DNA of 64,000 bases, from assembly GCF_020745735.1 (NCBI RefSeq), contig NC_083445.1:8928001-8992000 (forward strand), written 5' to 3'. Under the pieces are notes generated by a model that saw only the letters and a program-made list of their open reading frames with translations, searched no databases and was not told the DNA's origin. A program made the translations under genes and the position numbers. Each line of letters opens with the position of its first letter. The stretch's first letter is position 1. This document shows, one piece after another, positions 1 to 43,818 of this stretch. The stretch is from Hemiscyllium ocellatum (taxonomy: Eukaryota).

Positions 1-210
1 TGATTTTCACCATTACAGGTTCAACACCTAGCAGTGTTCAGACTTCATTCGTACTTGCAATCTCTCATTCCCCCCACCCCTTTCTGAAACTAAATTTTAA
101 ACTGTAAACACTTAGATGTGAAATGACAGTACACACAACAAAATTCAATTCACCATACATTGCACTTTTGGGCACTTCAATACATCATAAATGTTTCCAA
201 CATATCATAA

Positions 211-400
211 GGGAGTTGGTTAACTCAGTTGGCTGAACAGCTCATCTGCAATACACAGAAAAGCCTGTTGGACTATTTTATCCCGGTGTTGTGTGATTTT
301 TAACTTTGTTCACCCCAGTCCAACACCGGCATCTCCAAATCAGAAAAGCCAGCAGTGTTGATTCAATTTCTGCAGTGGCCGGGATTACCATGAAGGACCA
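211..400 (+). mobile_element. Old tRNA-derived SINE split by two PLE insertions (resumes near 1495-1620)
   Basis: taactcagttgg A box; gattcaatttc B-box-like; TSD CAGAAAAGCC at 256-265 and 341-350 around the first insert. Confidence 0.6.
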
Positions 401-409
401 ATTCCAATA

Positions 410-1492
410 CTGAACAACCTAGATGGCCCCCTTCTTCAAAGACCGCAATTTCCCCTCAGACATGGTTGACGATGCTCTCCACCGCATCTCCTCCACTTCC
501 CGCTCCTCCGCCCTTGAACCCCGCCCCTCCAATCGGCACCAGGACAGAACCCCACTGGTCCTCACCACCACCCCACCAACCTCCAGCTACATCATATCAT
601 CCTTCTTCATTTCCGCCACTCCAAACAGACCCCACCACCAAGGATATATTTCCCTCCCCACCCCTATCAGCGTTCCGGAAAGACCACTCCCTCCACGACT
701 CCCTCGTCAGATCCATACCCCCCACTAACCCAACCTCCATTCCCGGCACCTTCCCCTGCAACCGCAAGAAATGCAAAACTTGCGCCCTCACCTCCCCCTC
801 ACTTCCCTCCAAGGCACCAAGGGATCTTTCCATATCCGTCAGAAATTCACCTGCACCTCCACCTCCACACACATCATTTACTGCATCCACTGCACCCGAT
901 GTGGCCTCCTATACATTGGGGAGACAGGCCGCCTACTTGCAGAACATTTCAGAGAACACCTCTGGGACACCCGCACTAACCAACCCAATCGGCCTGTGGC
1001 TGAACACTTTAACTCCCCCTCCCACTCCATGTCCTTGGCCTCCTCCATCGCCAGACCATGGCAACACGACGCCTGGAGGAAGAGCACCTCATCTTCCGCC
1101 TAGAAACCCTCTAACCTCAAGGGATGAATGCAGATTTCTCCAACTTTGTCATTTCCCCTCCCCCCATCTTTTCTCAGTCCTAACCCTCAGACTCAGCACC
1201 GCTTTCTTGTCCTGCAATCTTCTTCCCAACATCTCCACCCCCAACCCCTCTCCGGCCTATCACCCTCACCTTAACCTCCTTCCACCTATCATATTCCCAA
1301 CGCCCCTCCCCCAAGTCCCTCCTCCCTACCTTTTATCTTAGCCTGCTTGGCACACCCTCCTCATTCCTAAAGAAGGGCTTATGCCCGAAACGTCGATTCT
1401 CCTGTTCCTTTGATGCTGCCTGACCTGCTGCGCTTTTCCAGCAACACAATTTTAAGCTCTGATCTCCAGCATCTGCAGTCCTCACTTTCTCT
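410..1492 (+). mobile_element. Penelope-like element (Neptune-type) 3' fragment with GIY-YIG remnant and terminal repeat
   Basis: Frameshifted CNRKKCKTC ... FTCTS..IIYCIHCTRCGLLYIGETGRLLAEHFREH; degenerate hammerhead near 1363-1398. Confidence 0.88.
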
Positions 1493-1689
1493 TAGTTACC
1501 ATTAAGTGCTCTACTTAGCTTCTTCTCTCTGCATGCATGTGATGACCCTCAGGTTAAACCATCACCAGTCATCGCTGTCTTTCTAAGAGAGCAACCCTAT
1601 TGTTTACTAGGACTATTGTAATATTTGCAGTTTATTATAAAGGATCCTCACCAACTTTAACAAATACAGCATAGAAAGCATTCTATTCA

Positions 1690-2143
1690 GATGCATTTTT
1701 GCCCAAGACCATAAGAAACTACAGAGGGTGTGCGCACAACCTAGACTATCATGGAAGCCAAACTTCCATCCATGGACTCTATTTATACTTCTTGCTGCAG
1801 TGGAAAGGCTGCCAACATAAAAGAAAACTTCTCCCACTCCTGTATCTTCTGCCTGGCGGGAGAGGTTGTAGGAGAGCATTACTGAAGTTTTAACACACAC
1901 ATCAACAGGTTGAAGAACAGCTTCTTCTCTGTTGTTACTAGACTGATGAATGGAGACTCTAACTTCAAATAATGTTGATTTTGTTAATAATGATCTTGCT
2001 TCGCACACCTATTTGCGTAGTGTAACATTTATTCCTCAACCTGTCTAAGCACCCTATGATCCTTGCCTACTCTGATCTGTCTGTACTACTCACAAAGCTT
2101 TTCACTGTACTTAGGTACACATGACCACAATAAATCAAATCAA
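1690..2143 (+). mobile_element. Rex1/Babar-like LINE 3' fragment (second piece near 2478-2705)
   Basis: acacacatcaacaggttgaagaacagcttcttctctgttgttactagactgatgaatgg motif and caataaatcaaatcaa tail. Confidence 0.6.
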
Positions 2144-5100
2144 GTATTCAGCAAGAACACACTGTTGGAGAAATTCAACAGGTCGAGCCGCATCTGTGAA
2201 GAGAAAAAAAAAGTTATTTCAAGTTCAGTGATCCTTATTCACCGGACTCCAAATGTTAACTTCTTTCTCAGACCTGCAAAGTTTTTTCAGCAATTTGTTT
2301 TTGTTTCACTTCTCCAGCAGCTGCAGTTTTATACAGCATGCATAAATAATCAGTAAATTAAAATTCTCATGCCAAAGATTCAAAACATATTATTCTTTTC
2401 TCCACAGATGCTGAGTTTCTCCAACATTTTCTACACTTATTTCCTGCAGCCACCACATTTTTCTTTTGAGATTCAAAGGTGTTTGGAGGAAAGCAGACTT
2501 ATTCACTTCTTCTCTGCTGTTATCAGACTTCTGAATGGACCCCTCATAAATTAGAGTTGATTTTTCACTGCACCTTCTCTCTCGCTGCAACACTATATTC
2601 TGCATTCTGCTCTATTACCCTGATGTACTTGTCTACGATATCATTTGTCTGGTTCGCACACAAAACAATACTTTCATTGTATCTCAGTACACATCACATT
2701 AACCAAATTTTGATAGAATACTACTTTTTAAACATGGTTTGAAACCTGAAAGGACAGGGAAGCAGATAAAACATTAAAAAGGAAAACATTTACAGTGGTA
2801 AATGGAAGGAGCAATGGAATAGGCCAAAGTAAATACTTTGAATGCTGGAAATCTGAAGATAAAAAAAACAGGAAGGGTTGGAGAAACACATTAGGTCTGG
2901 TAGCAAGAGAAAAAGAGTTGCTGTTTCAAATCCTATGGAGAGAGAGGTGAAGACATGATAATTTTCATACTCTAGTAAAAGTTGGGAAGGATCAGGTATA
3001 ATTAAAAGGAAAGGTTAGATGGTAAGGGAGATTATCACAGGTATCACAAAAGGGAGTGATAATGGTTGTAGGTATGTGAGATTGGCAGCTGTTCTGGACT
3101 CATCAGTTCCATGCAATTAAGAGGTAAAAACTATAAAAGAGGTGGAACAGGCTGAATGGCCTCCTCCTCCTCCTGTGCTGAATCAATCATTCTATAATTG
3201 CCCATGTTGTGAATATACATGCAAGAGATTTTCTATAAAATTTAGTGCATGGAAATTCTGAGAATTGAAAAGGGACTAAAACAGTTATGCAGTTAAAACT
3301 ACCTGAGCAGCACCTTGGCTTTATCCAGTCGATCAGTTACACCACTCTTAATAATCTTGTCAATTAATAATTAGATTTGAAGACATTTGAAACTGATGAC
3401 TCAGGGAATAATAAATTATGTAGTTTATATTCTTTCTTCTGAGGATCTCTACATTGTAAGATGGCACAATGAGTCTCAGGTTGCACAGAGTGAGGATACA
3501 AGGAGTAGAAAGAACACGGAACTGTGCTTTTTTTTTAAAAAACAACAGTTTCAGTGAATGGAATGAAAGTTCAAAGAAACAGTAACCTTATAATAGCAAT
3601 GCACAGGAGGACAAGAGAAAGATAGAATTAATTGTGCAACACTTTAACTGCGAAATTATGAAGCATTACATTTCAAAAGTAATTTGTAATACTGCATTGT
3701 TTCAAAATGCAGAACAAAATGAGTGACAAGATACCTGAAGATGGTCCCTGCCTGAAATACCATTTAATATACTTCCAGATAATGCCAAGATATGTCCTGC
3801 CTAACTACAGCAAAGCTTTCACAACAATCAAATTCAAAGTGGCATTCATTGACTATTCCCTTTAATCAAGACTTCTGTTGGGAGGATGCATTGAATCCAA
3901 ATCCTGCAATCAAAGCCAAATTTTGGAAGAAGTGCTGACCAAAGCACATGCCTACCAATAAGCTTGACATCCCTTATTCCATTCAACATGAAGTTAGCTT
4001 CCTATGCAAGTTCTTTGAGAGAATGAGCAGCTTTCAAAATTTCCATTGTCCTCATAATACAGGACTTTGCTGAGGCTTAGTCCCTGCTTATCAGCCGAAT
4101 GATCGCGGATTGTTGCATTGAGCTATTTTCTCATACAATTGTGATGTTTTTGGAGTTTAAGTACGCTTTCGTTTAAACAGCTTGATGAAGAACTTATCTC
4201 CATTCTGCCTGCAACTGCAAAGAATGGTACCACTGCATGCAACTTCTCAAATCTTATTCAACAATACCATCCAAACACACAGCCTCTGATACCTAGAAAG
4301 AGAAGGGCAAATAAAATTTGCAAACTACCACATATGTTCCCTACAAACCACATACCATCCTGGTGGTGAACTATATTGCTTTATTGTCAGTGGGTCAAAT
4401 ACTGGAGCTCTTTTTAACAGCACAAATATTCTATTCCCTTATGGAGAGCAATAGTTCAAGGTGACAGCTCACCGGCATCTTATCAAATGCAATTAAGAGA
4501 GGGCAATGGATGTTGGCCTACCCAATAGCACTTAAATCTTATGAATTAATTAAAAGCACCAAGCCAGTACTTTAATCATTTATTTGATATGCCACGTGGG
4601 TTCTAGCTATGCTAAAATTGGCTGCTACATTCACTTCATCAACACCGATTGCACATTTAGATCACAGGCAATTATACTTACTGAAACTATTCATCCGAGG
4701 ACTGGAAAATTGTGTAACTTTGTAGAGGATATTACGCAGTGAGGAAGTTGCATTACCATTGTTCTTGGTCAAAAAGAGCTCTTACACAATGAGGTAATGT
4801 TGGAACAGATATTAGCCATTTGGTCTAATTTAGTGCTGCCCTTGGCTAGCAAGGCAGCTCACTTAAGTTCAGCACCAACTGAGTGTAGAAAAATAGGATT
4901 TAGGAACAGGAGTCAGCCATTCGAACCTGCTCTGCCATATGATTGTGACTTGATTCAATTGTGGTCTTAGCTCAACTCTCTTGCAGACTCTCATGTGCAA
5001 CATCTTTGATTTTGATGAGACAAGAACATGCTTAAATTAGCTTAAAGAGTAAAATCAGTCAGGGTTCCTATTCCAGATCCATGCTGGAAATTATATGATG

Positions 5101-5295
5101 TGCTTGAGATAACTTAATAAAGAACACATGCACTCTCTTCTCACATACAGAACATGTGGCAGCCTTTCACCTCATAGGACATTGGTTCAGAACATGATGG
5201 TCAATTAATTGCTGGTGTGGCTCAAGGGCTTCACTCTGGCACTGGCAAGCAGGAAGATTGTGGTGGTTCTGTTCGCCGAGCTGGGAGTTTTTGTT

Positions 5296-5335
5296 GCAAA
5301 CGTTTCGTCCCCTTTCTAGGTGACATCCTCAGTGC
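5296..5335 (-). ncRNA. Minimal hammerhead ribozyme motif (PLE family B)
   Basis: GCA-CUGAGGA-U-GUCACCUAGAAAGGGGAC-GAAAC-GUU-UGC. Confidence 0.75.
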
Positions 5336-5873
5336 TTGGGAGCCTCCTGTGAAGCGCTTCTGTACTGATTCTTCCAGCATTTATAGTGGTTTGTCTCTGC
5401 TGCTTCCGGTTGTCAGTTGCTGTCTGCTGCAGTGGCCGGTATATTGGGTCTAGGTCGATGTGTTTGTTGGTAGAATCTGTGGATGAGTGCCATGCCTCTA
5501 GGAATTCCCTGGCTGTTCTCTGTTTGGCTTGCCCTATAATAGTGGTGTTATCCCAATCAAATTCATGTTGTTTGTCATCTGAGTGTGTGGCTAAGGATAG
5601 CTGGTCGTGTTGTTTCGTGGCCAGTTGGTGTTCATGGATGCGGGTTGTTAGCTGTCTTTCTGTTTGTCCTATGTAGTGTTTTGTGCAGTCCTTGCATGGG
5701 ATTTTGTACATTACGTTGGTTTTGCTCATGCTGGATATCGGGTCCTTTGTCCTGGTGAGTTGTTGTCTGAGCGTGGCTGTTGGTTTGTGTGCTGTTATGG
5801 TCGTAGTAGTCTGGCTGTCAGACTATAAATGCCAGAGGAATCAGCACAGAAGCGCTTCACAGGAGGCTCCGAA

Positions 5874-5913
5874 GCACTGAGGATGTCACCCAGAAAGGGG
5901 ACGAAACGTTTGC
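5874..5913 (+). ncRNA. Minimal hammerhead ribozyme motif (PLE family B)
   Basis: GCA-CUGAGGA-U-GUCACCCAGAAAGGGGAC-GAAAC-GUU-UGC. Confidence 0.75.
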
Positions 5914-6572
5914 AACAAAAACTCCCAGCTCGGCGAACAGAACCACAACAAGAAGCACCCGAGCTACAAATCTTCTCCCAAACTTTGAAGCAGGAAGATT
6001 GTTTGCTGGCCTCAACTTGCAGACATTGACTTCTGTTCCCTTTCACTGGCAGCCAACTATGCTCTCAAGGCCAGCCTTCAATCTCTCAGGAAGCAAAGCT
6101 GGTTTGTCAGTGGCTTTGCGACACTGTTCTCCAGCAGCTGGCATGTTCCTTTGAGAGAGGGAGCTTTTTCCTGGATTACAAACCACGAATTGCAGAGTCA
6201 CCAGATTTCAGCAAGTTACACAAGTGAAGCTTAGCACATTGAAGCTTTTTGAAATAACAGAGATTGTTGATGAAGAGAGAACAATGAATGTTGCTTATAT
6301 GGATTTTAAGAATGCATTTGACCAAGTTCCACATTATTGACTGGTTAATAAATTTGAGGCTTTTGGAATAGGAGGATAACATTTGGATAAAAACAGTCAA
6401 CTTTGGGACAGAAACAACTTGTGATAAATGGTTATTTTTCAGACTGGAGGCTGGTAGACAGTGGTTCTAGCACCACTGCATTTTTTAATGTATAGATTAA
6501 AATGTCAAAATAAATGAAGAGCTGGTTAAAGAAAACATGTTCCCAATGGTTTTAGTACAAGAACCACAGGGC

Positions 6573-6575
<3 letters not shown>

Positions 6576-6628
<53 letters not shown>

Positions 6629-6630
6629 TG
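6576..6630. repeat. (GT)n microsatellite extended by an alternating GC/AT tract
   Basis: About 21 GT units followed by cgcgcatgcgtg. Confidence 0.95.
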
Positions 6631-6874
6631 CCCATGCGAAGAGAGATCCATTTTATTGCTTCACAGGGAGTCAGTTTGGACTCAAATGGGCAAAATGGCC
6701 TCCTTCTATGTTGTATATGTTTGCATCAATCAAAATGTCCATCATGAAAGTTGGAATTCAGTGGGCCCTGTTTCCTGATTCCTTCCCTGTTACCCAAATA
6801 CAAAAATAAACGTTTCAATTCTAGGAGATAATTAATAATGCCACATTAATGAACCATCTGTGATAGCAAATATG

Positions 6875-6880
6875 TTTATT
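6875..6880 (-). terminator. Candidate KRI1 polyadenylation signal (AATAAA)
   Basis: tttatt on + strand, about 40 nt past the stop codon. Confidence 0.6.
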
Positions 6881-6921
6881 TTTCACAACACCATATAAAA
6901 TAATCTTACTCAGCAGAAAAA

Positions 6922-38914
<31,993 letters not shown>

Positions 38915-39030
38915 GCACAACCGGCCGACCCCTGCCGGGCATAACCGGTCAAAGGTCAGAGGCCATGCTCAGTCTCCCACCAATCACCGGCCCCGGAGAG
39001 GTCACGTGACTGAGACCCCCCTTTCCCTCA
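38915..39030 (-). promoter_or_regulatory. KRI1 CpG-rich promoter/5'UTR with DR1, CCAAT and E-box motifs
   Basis: CGGTCA-A-AGGTCA 38946-38958; CCAAT 38980-38984; palindromic GTCACGTGAC 39001-39010. Confidence 0.65.
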
Positions 39031-39195
39031 ACGACAAGAATAGAGCCAGTTCTTCACTGTGGACATAGCAAGGGTAAGTTAGTTCAGAACATAAATTCTC
39101 GGCTAAGTTCTTAAGTTTTACCTTATCCATGTAAAGCTCGGCTTTGCAAACTGATGCCATATCTTTTTCCCCCCCTCTAAGATGTTCCATCCCAA

Positions 39196-39685
39196 GGATT
39201 CATGTGGTAGTGTCCCTGCCTCTGAGCCAGGAGGTCTGGGGTTCAGGTCCCACCTGCTGCACAAAGTATGTACTGTGGGACCATCTTAGTTTCTGTACCA
39301 AACTGCAACAATCAAGATGTTCACTCTTAGGGCTTCTGTGATGCAGTGGCAGTGCCCCTACCTTTGGACCAGGAAGCCTGGATTCAAGTCCCTGCACTGC
39401 TCAGAGATGTGTAATGATAGAGATGTGATTTGAAAATATCCTTCAGGGCTCTTGTGGCACGGTGGTATATTGGTAGTGCCCTGCCTCTGACCTTAAAGGC
39501 CTGAATTCAAGCCCTACTTGCTTCAGCTGTGTATCTTAACATGTTTTGAATTTTGATTATTTTAAAAATGTTGATTCAGAAGGTTCTTGTGGTGCAGTGG
39601 TAGTGTCCTTACCTTTGAGCCTAGAGACCTGGTTCAAGTTCCACCTGTTCCGGAGAGTAATGCCATCTCTGAAAGGGTTGTTTAT
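39196..39685 (+). repeat. Four tandem diverged tRNA-like (Pol III A/B box) units, period about 120-135 bp
   Basis: Units start near 39200, 39331, 39446 and 39582; consensus ggntcttgtggtgcagtggtagtgtccctacctctgagccagaaggcctgggttcaagtcccacctgctc. Confidence 0.8.
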
Positions 39686-40046
39686 TCTTTAAAATCATGT
39701 TCATCCTTAAAAGTTTCCCTGCCACAAGCAAGCAGTACCTTGCATTTATGGTCCTATTGACTTTTTATTCATTCTTGGGATATGTGTTGCTGACAAACAT
39801 TGTATTATTAATATTACATATGTTAATGTTATATTGTGAATGGTATATAAAAGTAAAAGGCAAACATTATTGATATTTTTAGATAGCCTTATCAGACATG
39901 TTGTGGCTCTTCTCTGAGGCAGGAGGAAGTTGAAGCCAGACCATCTGGCTTAAAGATAGGGTCATACCAATGCACTGCAAGAACCCTCTAAGTACCAGAG
40001 GTTTTATCCGAAATGAGCTTAGGTCAAATGCGCTGACCAATTGCAC

Positions 40047-40132
40047 AAAGCCTACTGTTTGCAGGCAGTCTCCCATCCAAGTACTAACTGGTCCTGAATG
40101 TGCTCAACTTTCGCAATCAGACAAGATCAGAC
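40047..40132 (-). pseudogene. 5'-truncated, diverged 5S rRNA pseudogene
   Basis: Minus strand reads GTCTGATCTTGTCTGATTGCGAAAGTTGAGCACATTCAGGACCAGTTAGTACTTGGATGGGAGACTGCCTGCAAACAGTAGGCTTT, with an intact box C region and the 5S 3' end. Confidence 0.85.
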
Positions 40133-40323
40133 AATAGACTTGCATTTATATAGTCGCTTGCATAATCATCAGATGCCCCAAACCACTTTATGGCCAATTA
40201 ATTTTGAAGAGTTGGCCTGTTGTGATGTAGAACATGTGACAGCTAATGATATTTATGCAATACTTGTTGTCGTTTGTAATAACTTATTGGACCACTTCAG
40301 AGAGCAGTTAAAATGTGACGAGT

Positions 40324-41197
40324 AAAAAGTGAGGTCTGCAGATGCTGGAGATCAGAGCTGAAAATGTGTTGCTGGTTAAAGCACAGCAGGTTAGGCAGCA
40401 TCCAAGGAACAGGAAATTCGACGTTTCGGGCCAGAGCCCTTCATCAGGAATGAGGAGAGGGTGCCAGGCAGGCTAAGATAAAAGGTAGGGAGGAGGGACT
40501 TGGGAGAGGGGCGATGGAGATGTGATAGGTGGAAGGAGGTCAAGGTGAGGGTGATAGGCCGGAGTGGGGTGGGGGCGGAGAGGTCAGGAAGAGGATTGCA
40601 GGTTAGGAGGGCGGTGCTGAGTTCAAGGGAATTGACTGAGACAAGGTGGGGGGGAGGGGAAATGAGGAAACTGGAGAAATCCGAGTTCATCCCTTGTGGC
40701 TGGAGGGTTCCCAGGCGGAAGATGAGGTGCTCTTCCTCCAACCGTCGTGTTGTTATGTTCTGGCGATGGAGGAGTCCAAGGACCTGCATGTCCTCGGTGG
40801 AGTGGGAGGGAGAGTTAAAGTGTTGAGCCACGGGGTGGTTGGGTTGGTTGGTTCGGGCGTCCCAGAGGTGTTCCCTGAAGCGTTCTGCAAGTAGGCGGCC
40901 TGTCTCCCCAATATAGAGGAGGCCACATCGGGTGCAGCGGATGCAATGGATGATGTGTGTGGAGGTGCAGGTGAATTTGTGGCGGATATGGAAGGATCCC
41001 TTGGGGCCTTGGAGAGAAGTAAGGGAGGAGGTGTGGGCGCAAGTTTTGCATTTCCTGCGGTTGCAGGGGAAGGTGCCGGGAGTGGAGGTTGGGTTGATGG
41101 GGGGGGTGTGGACCTGACGAGGGAGTCACGAAGGGAGTGGTCTTTGCGGAACGCTGATGGGGGAGGGGAGGGAAATATATCCCTGGTGGTGGGATTG
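40324..41197 (-). mobile_element. Neptune-type PLE 3' fragment with intact hammerhead
   Basis: Close relative of the 410-1492 element; AQHFNSPSHSTEDMQVLGLLH...RRLEEEHLIFRLGTLQPQGMNSDF. Confidence 0.9.
40416..40451 (-). ncRNA. Minimal hammerhead ribozyme motif (PLE family A)
   Basis: AUUC-CUGAUGA-A-GGGC(UCUG)GCCC-GAAAC-GUC-GAAU. Confidence 0.82.
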
Positions 41198-41435
41198 AGG
41201 TGTTGTAGTCCCTCTTCAATGATAGCGTGCAATCATTGCATAACATAGAAAAAAAAAGTCTTGCATTTAGGTAATGCTTTTCACGACTACCAAATGTCTC
41301 AGTGCTTTTCAGCCATTGAAATACGTAGAAAACAGGAGGAGCAGTGGGACATTCAACCTTTGAGCCTACTTTGCCATTCATTATGGCAGACTTTTGAAGA
41401 GTAGATACTGTTAAAATGTAGAAATTATAGCAGCT

Positions 41436-41520
41436 AATGTGTATACAATAAGCTCCCTATACAATGTGTATGATAATGTGTATACAATGTGTATGCTAAT
41501 ATGTATACAATAAGCTCCCC
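41436..41520. repeat. Short imperfect tandem duplication (aatgtgtatac units) within a SINE
   Basis: gtatacaataagctccc occurs twice, with aatgtgtat repeats between. Confidence 0.7.
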
Positions 41521-41711
41521 AAAACAGCAATGCAATAACAGCTGGATAATTTGTTTTTAGTGATATTGGTTGTGGGATAAATATCAACCAGGTTAGTGTG
41601 AAGTCTTCTGCTATTCTTTGAAATAGAACCATGGGATGTTTTGCATCCTCCTGTGAGAGCAAGTATCATTTCAGATTAATAGCATTCAAAAGATGGATCT
41701 TTTGATTATAA

Positions 41712-42137
41712 ATGAACATAGAACAGTACAGCACAGTACATGCCTTTAGCCCATGATGCTGTGCTGAGCATTTATCTTAATCTAAATCAACCTAACCTAC
41801 ACACCCCTCAATTTACTGCCGTGTACGTGCTTGTCTAGCAGTCGCTTAAATGTCCCTAATGTCTCTGACTCTACCACCACCGCTGGCAGTGCATTTCACA
41901 CACCCACCACTGTTGGCGTAAAGAACCTACCTCTGACATCTCCCCTATATACCTTCCTCCAATCACCTTAAAATTATGACCTCTCATGACAGCCATTGTT
42001 GCCCTGGGGGAAAGTCTCTAAGCTATCTGATATATCTATGCCTCTCATCACCTTGTACACCTCAGTCAAGTCACCTCTCTTCCTCCTGCTCTTCAGTGTG
42101 AAAAGCGGGAGCTCACGCAACTTCTATTCATAAGAAC
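41712..42137 (-). mobile_element. CR1 3' end of a different subfamily
   Basis: CR1-type 3' sequence ending in tgtactgttctatgttc. Confidence 0.7.
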
Positions 42138-42828
42138 ATGTAAAGGTGAAAATTTATGATTGAACAAGCTTATTTACGCAATAAGTTGACAACCAGAAAT
42201 TGAACTGCAAGCAAGGAATGAGTAGATTCAATCTGTGTTTTGTTTTAATTAAAGTTAAACTTAATAGCTCAAAGTGGAGTAAGACTTTTTTCAGTTTTTA
42301 TTTAAGAACACCATTCTGTTTTAATGTTAGGCTCAACTTTGAAAATAAACATCCCTGCGTGGAGTATATGTCGGTGCTGATGTAATGTAGTTCACTCCAT
42401 CCGAATTGCTTTGGCAACGTATACATTTACATGCATGTTGTAGTCTGGAGCTATGAATAATGATGGTTGAGACTCCAATGCTCATTCCATCACAAGGCTG
42501 ACCAGCAGTCTCTCTTACTCTTACTCCTTGCCATTGACGTGTGTTGGACGGATTTAAAAATTGTTATTCAAATGTTTGGCTGTGTCATGAAACCACGTTC
42601 CTTCCCCAACAACAAAATATTGGGAACATAATCACTGAATGCTTCCTGTTGTTATAGCCATTCCTTGTTTGAATCCTCAATTGAAGGTTCTATAATAACC
42701 CACCAGAAAGCAGAGAAGTAACTTACCTCAGTATTTTCTGTGGAGATGGTGCCCTGTTTCTGCTGAGGGCCTTGAGCCCCATTGACATCAAGGAATCCAT
42801 TGCATTTTTTTATTCTTCACCCTTGTCT

Positions 42829-43818
42829 CACTAGATTGAGTTTTTTGAAGAAGTAGTGAAGAGGATTGATGAGGGCACAACAGTGGATATGATCCATATG
42901 GACATCAGTGAGGAGTTTGATAAGGTTTCTCATGGTAGACTGGTTAGCAAGGTTAGAGCGTATGGAATAGAGGGAGAACTAGTTTTTGGATACAGAGCTG
43001 GCTCAAAGGTAGAGGTTGCTTTTCAGACTAGAGGCCAGTGACCAGCGGTGTGCCAATATGGTTGGTCCTGGATTTACTGTTTTTTGTCATGTAAATAAAT
43101 GATATGGATGTGAACATAGGCATTATGGTTAATATGTTTGTAGATAACACCAACATTGGAGGTGTAGTGGACGGCCAAGAAGGTTACATCAGAGTACAAC
43201 AAAGATCTTGACCAAATGGGCAAATGGGCCAGTGGCAGATGGAGTTTAATTTAGATAAATGTGAGATGCTGTATTTTGGGAAAGCAAATCAGGGCAAGAC
43301 TTGTATACTTAACGATAAGGTCCTGAGGAGTGTTGCTGAACAAAGAGACCTCGGAATGCAGGTTTATTGTTCCTTGAGTGGACTCTTAGGTAGTTAGGAT
43401 AATGAAGAAGGTGTTTGGTATGCTTGCCTTTATTGGTCAGTGGATTGAGTGTAAGAGTTGGGAGGTCATGTTGCAGCTGAATAGGACATTGGTTAGGCCA
43501 CTGTTGGAATACAGCTTGCAACTCTGGTCTCCTTGCTTTAGGATGTTGTGAAACTTGAAAGGGTTCAGAAAAGATTTACAAGGATGTTGCCAGGGTTGGA
43601 GGGTTTGAACCAAACGGATAAGCTGAATAGATTGGAGCTATTTTCCCTGGAGTATCAGAGGCTGAGGGGGTGACCTTGTAGAGATTTATAAGATCATGAC
43701 TGGCATGGACAGGGTAAATAGATCAAGTCTTTTCCCCAGGTGGTGAAGTCCAAAACTAGAGGGCATAGGTTTAAGGTGAGAGGGTAAAGATTTAAAAGGA
43801 ACCTAAGTGGCGGCTTTT
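42829..43818 (+). mobile_element. CR1 LINE fragment
   Basis: KRIDEGTTVDMIHMDISEEFDKVSHGRLVSKV; colinear with 10280-11280. Confidence 0.88.

Larger units (their letters stand above)
5262..5987 (-). mobile_element. Penelope-like element (Penelope/Poseidon-type GIY-YIG) with inverted terminal repeats and 15-bp TSD
   Basis: KTNVMYKIPCKDCTKHYIGQTERQLTTRIHEH...REFLEAW; inverted repeats near 5262-5385 and 5824-5948; TSD AAGCAGGAAGATTGT at 5247-5261 and 5988-6002. Confidence 0.9.

Noticed and set aside
466-1341. 291-aa Pro-rich ORF
   Set aside because: Mosaic of frames across a frameshifted, C-rich PLE remnant; not a host gene.
3303-3360. Possible minus-strand exon (IIKSGVTDRLDKAKVLL, donor CAG|GTAGTT)
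   Set aside because: Weak acceptor, no recognisable homology and no compatible partner exon.
5156-5196. LF-SINE-like head (agcctttcacctc...ggttc)
   Set aside because: Match too short to call without an alignment.
1-6800. ATG4D terminal exons expected from human synteny
   Set aside because: No ATG4D-like peptide recognised in any frame.
39196-39685. Functional tRNA gene cluster or CRISPR-like array
   Set aside because: Units are diverged from one another, lack clean cloverleaf pairing and have no identical repeat-spacer structure; the DNA is vertebrate.
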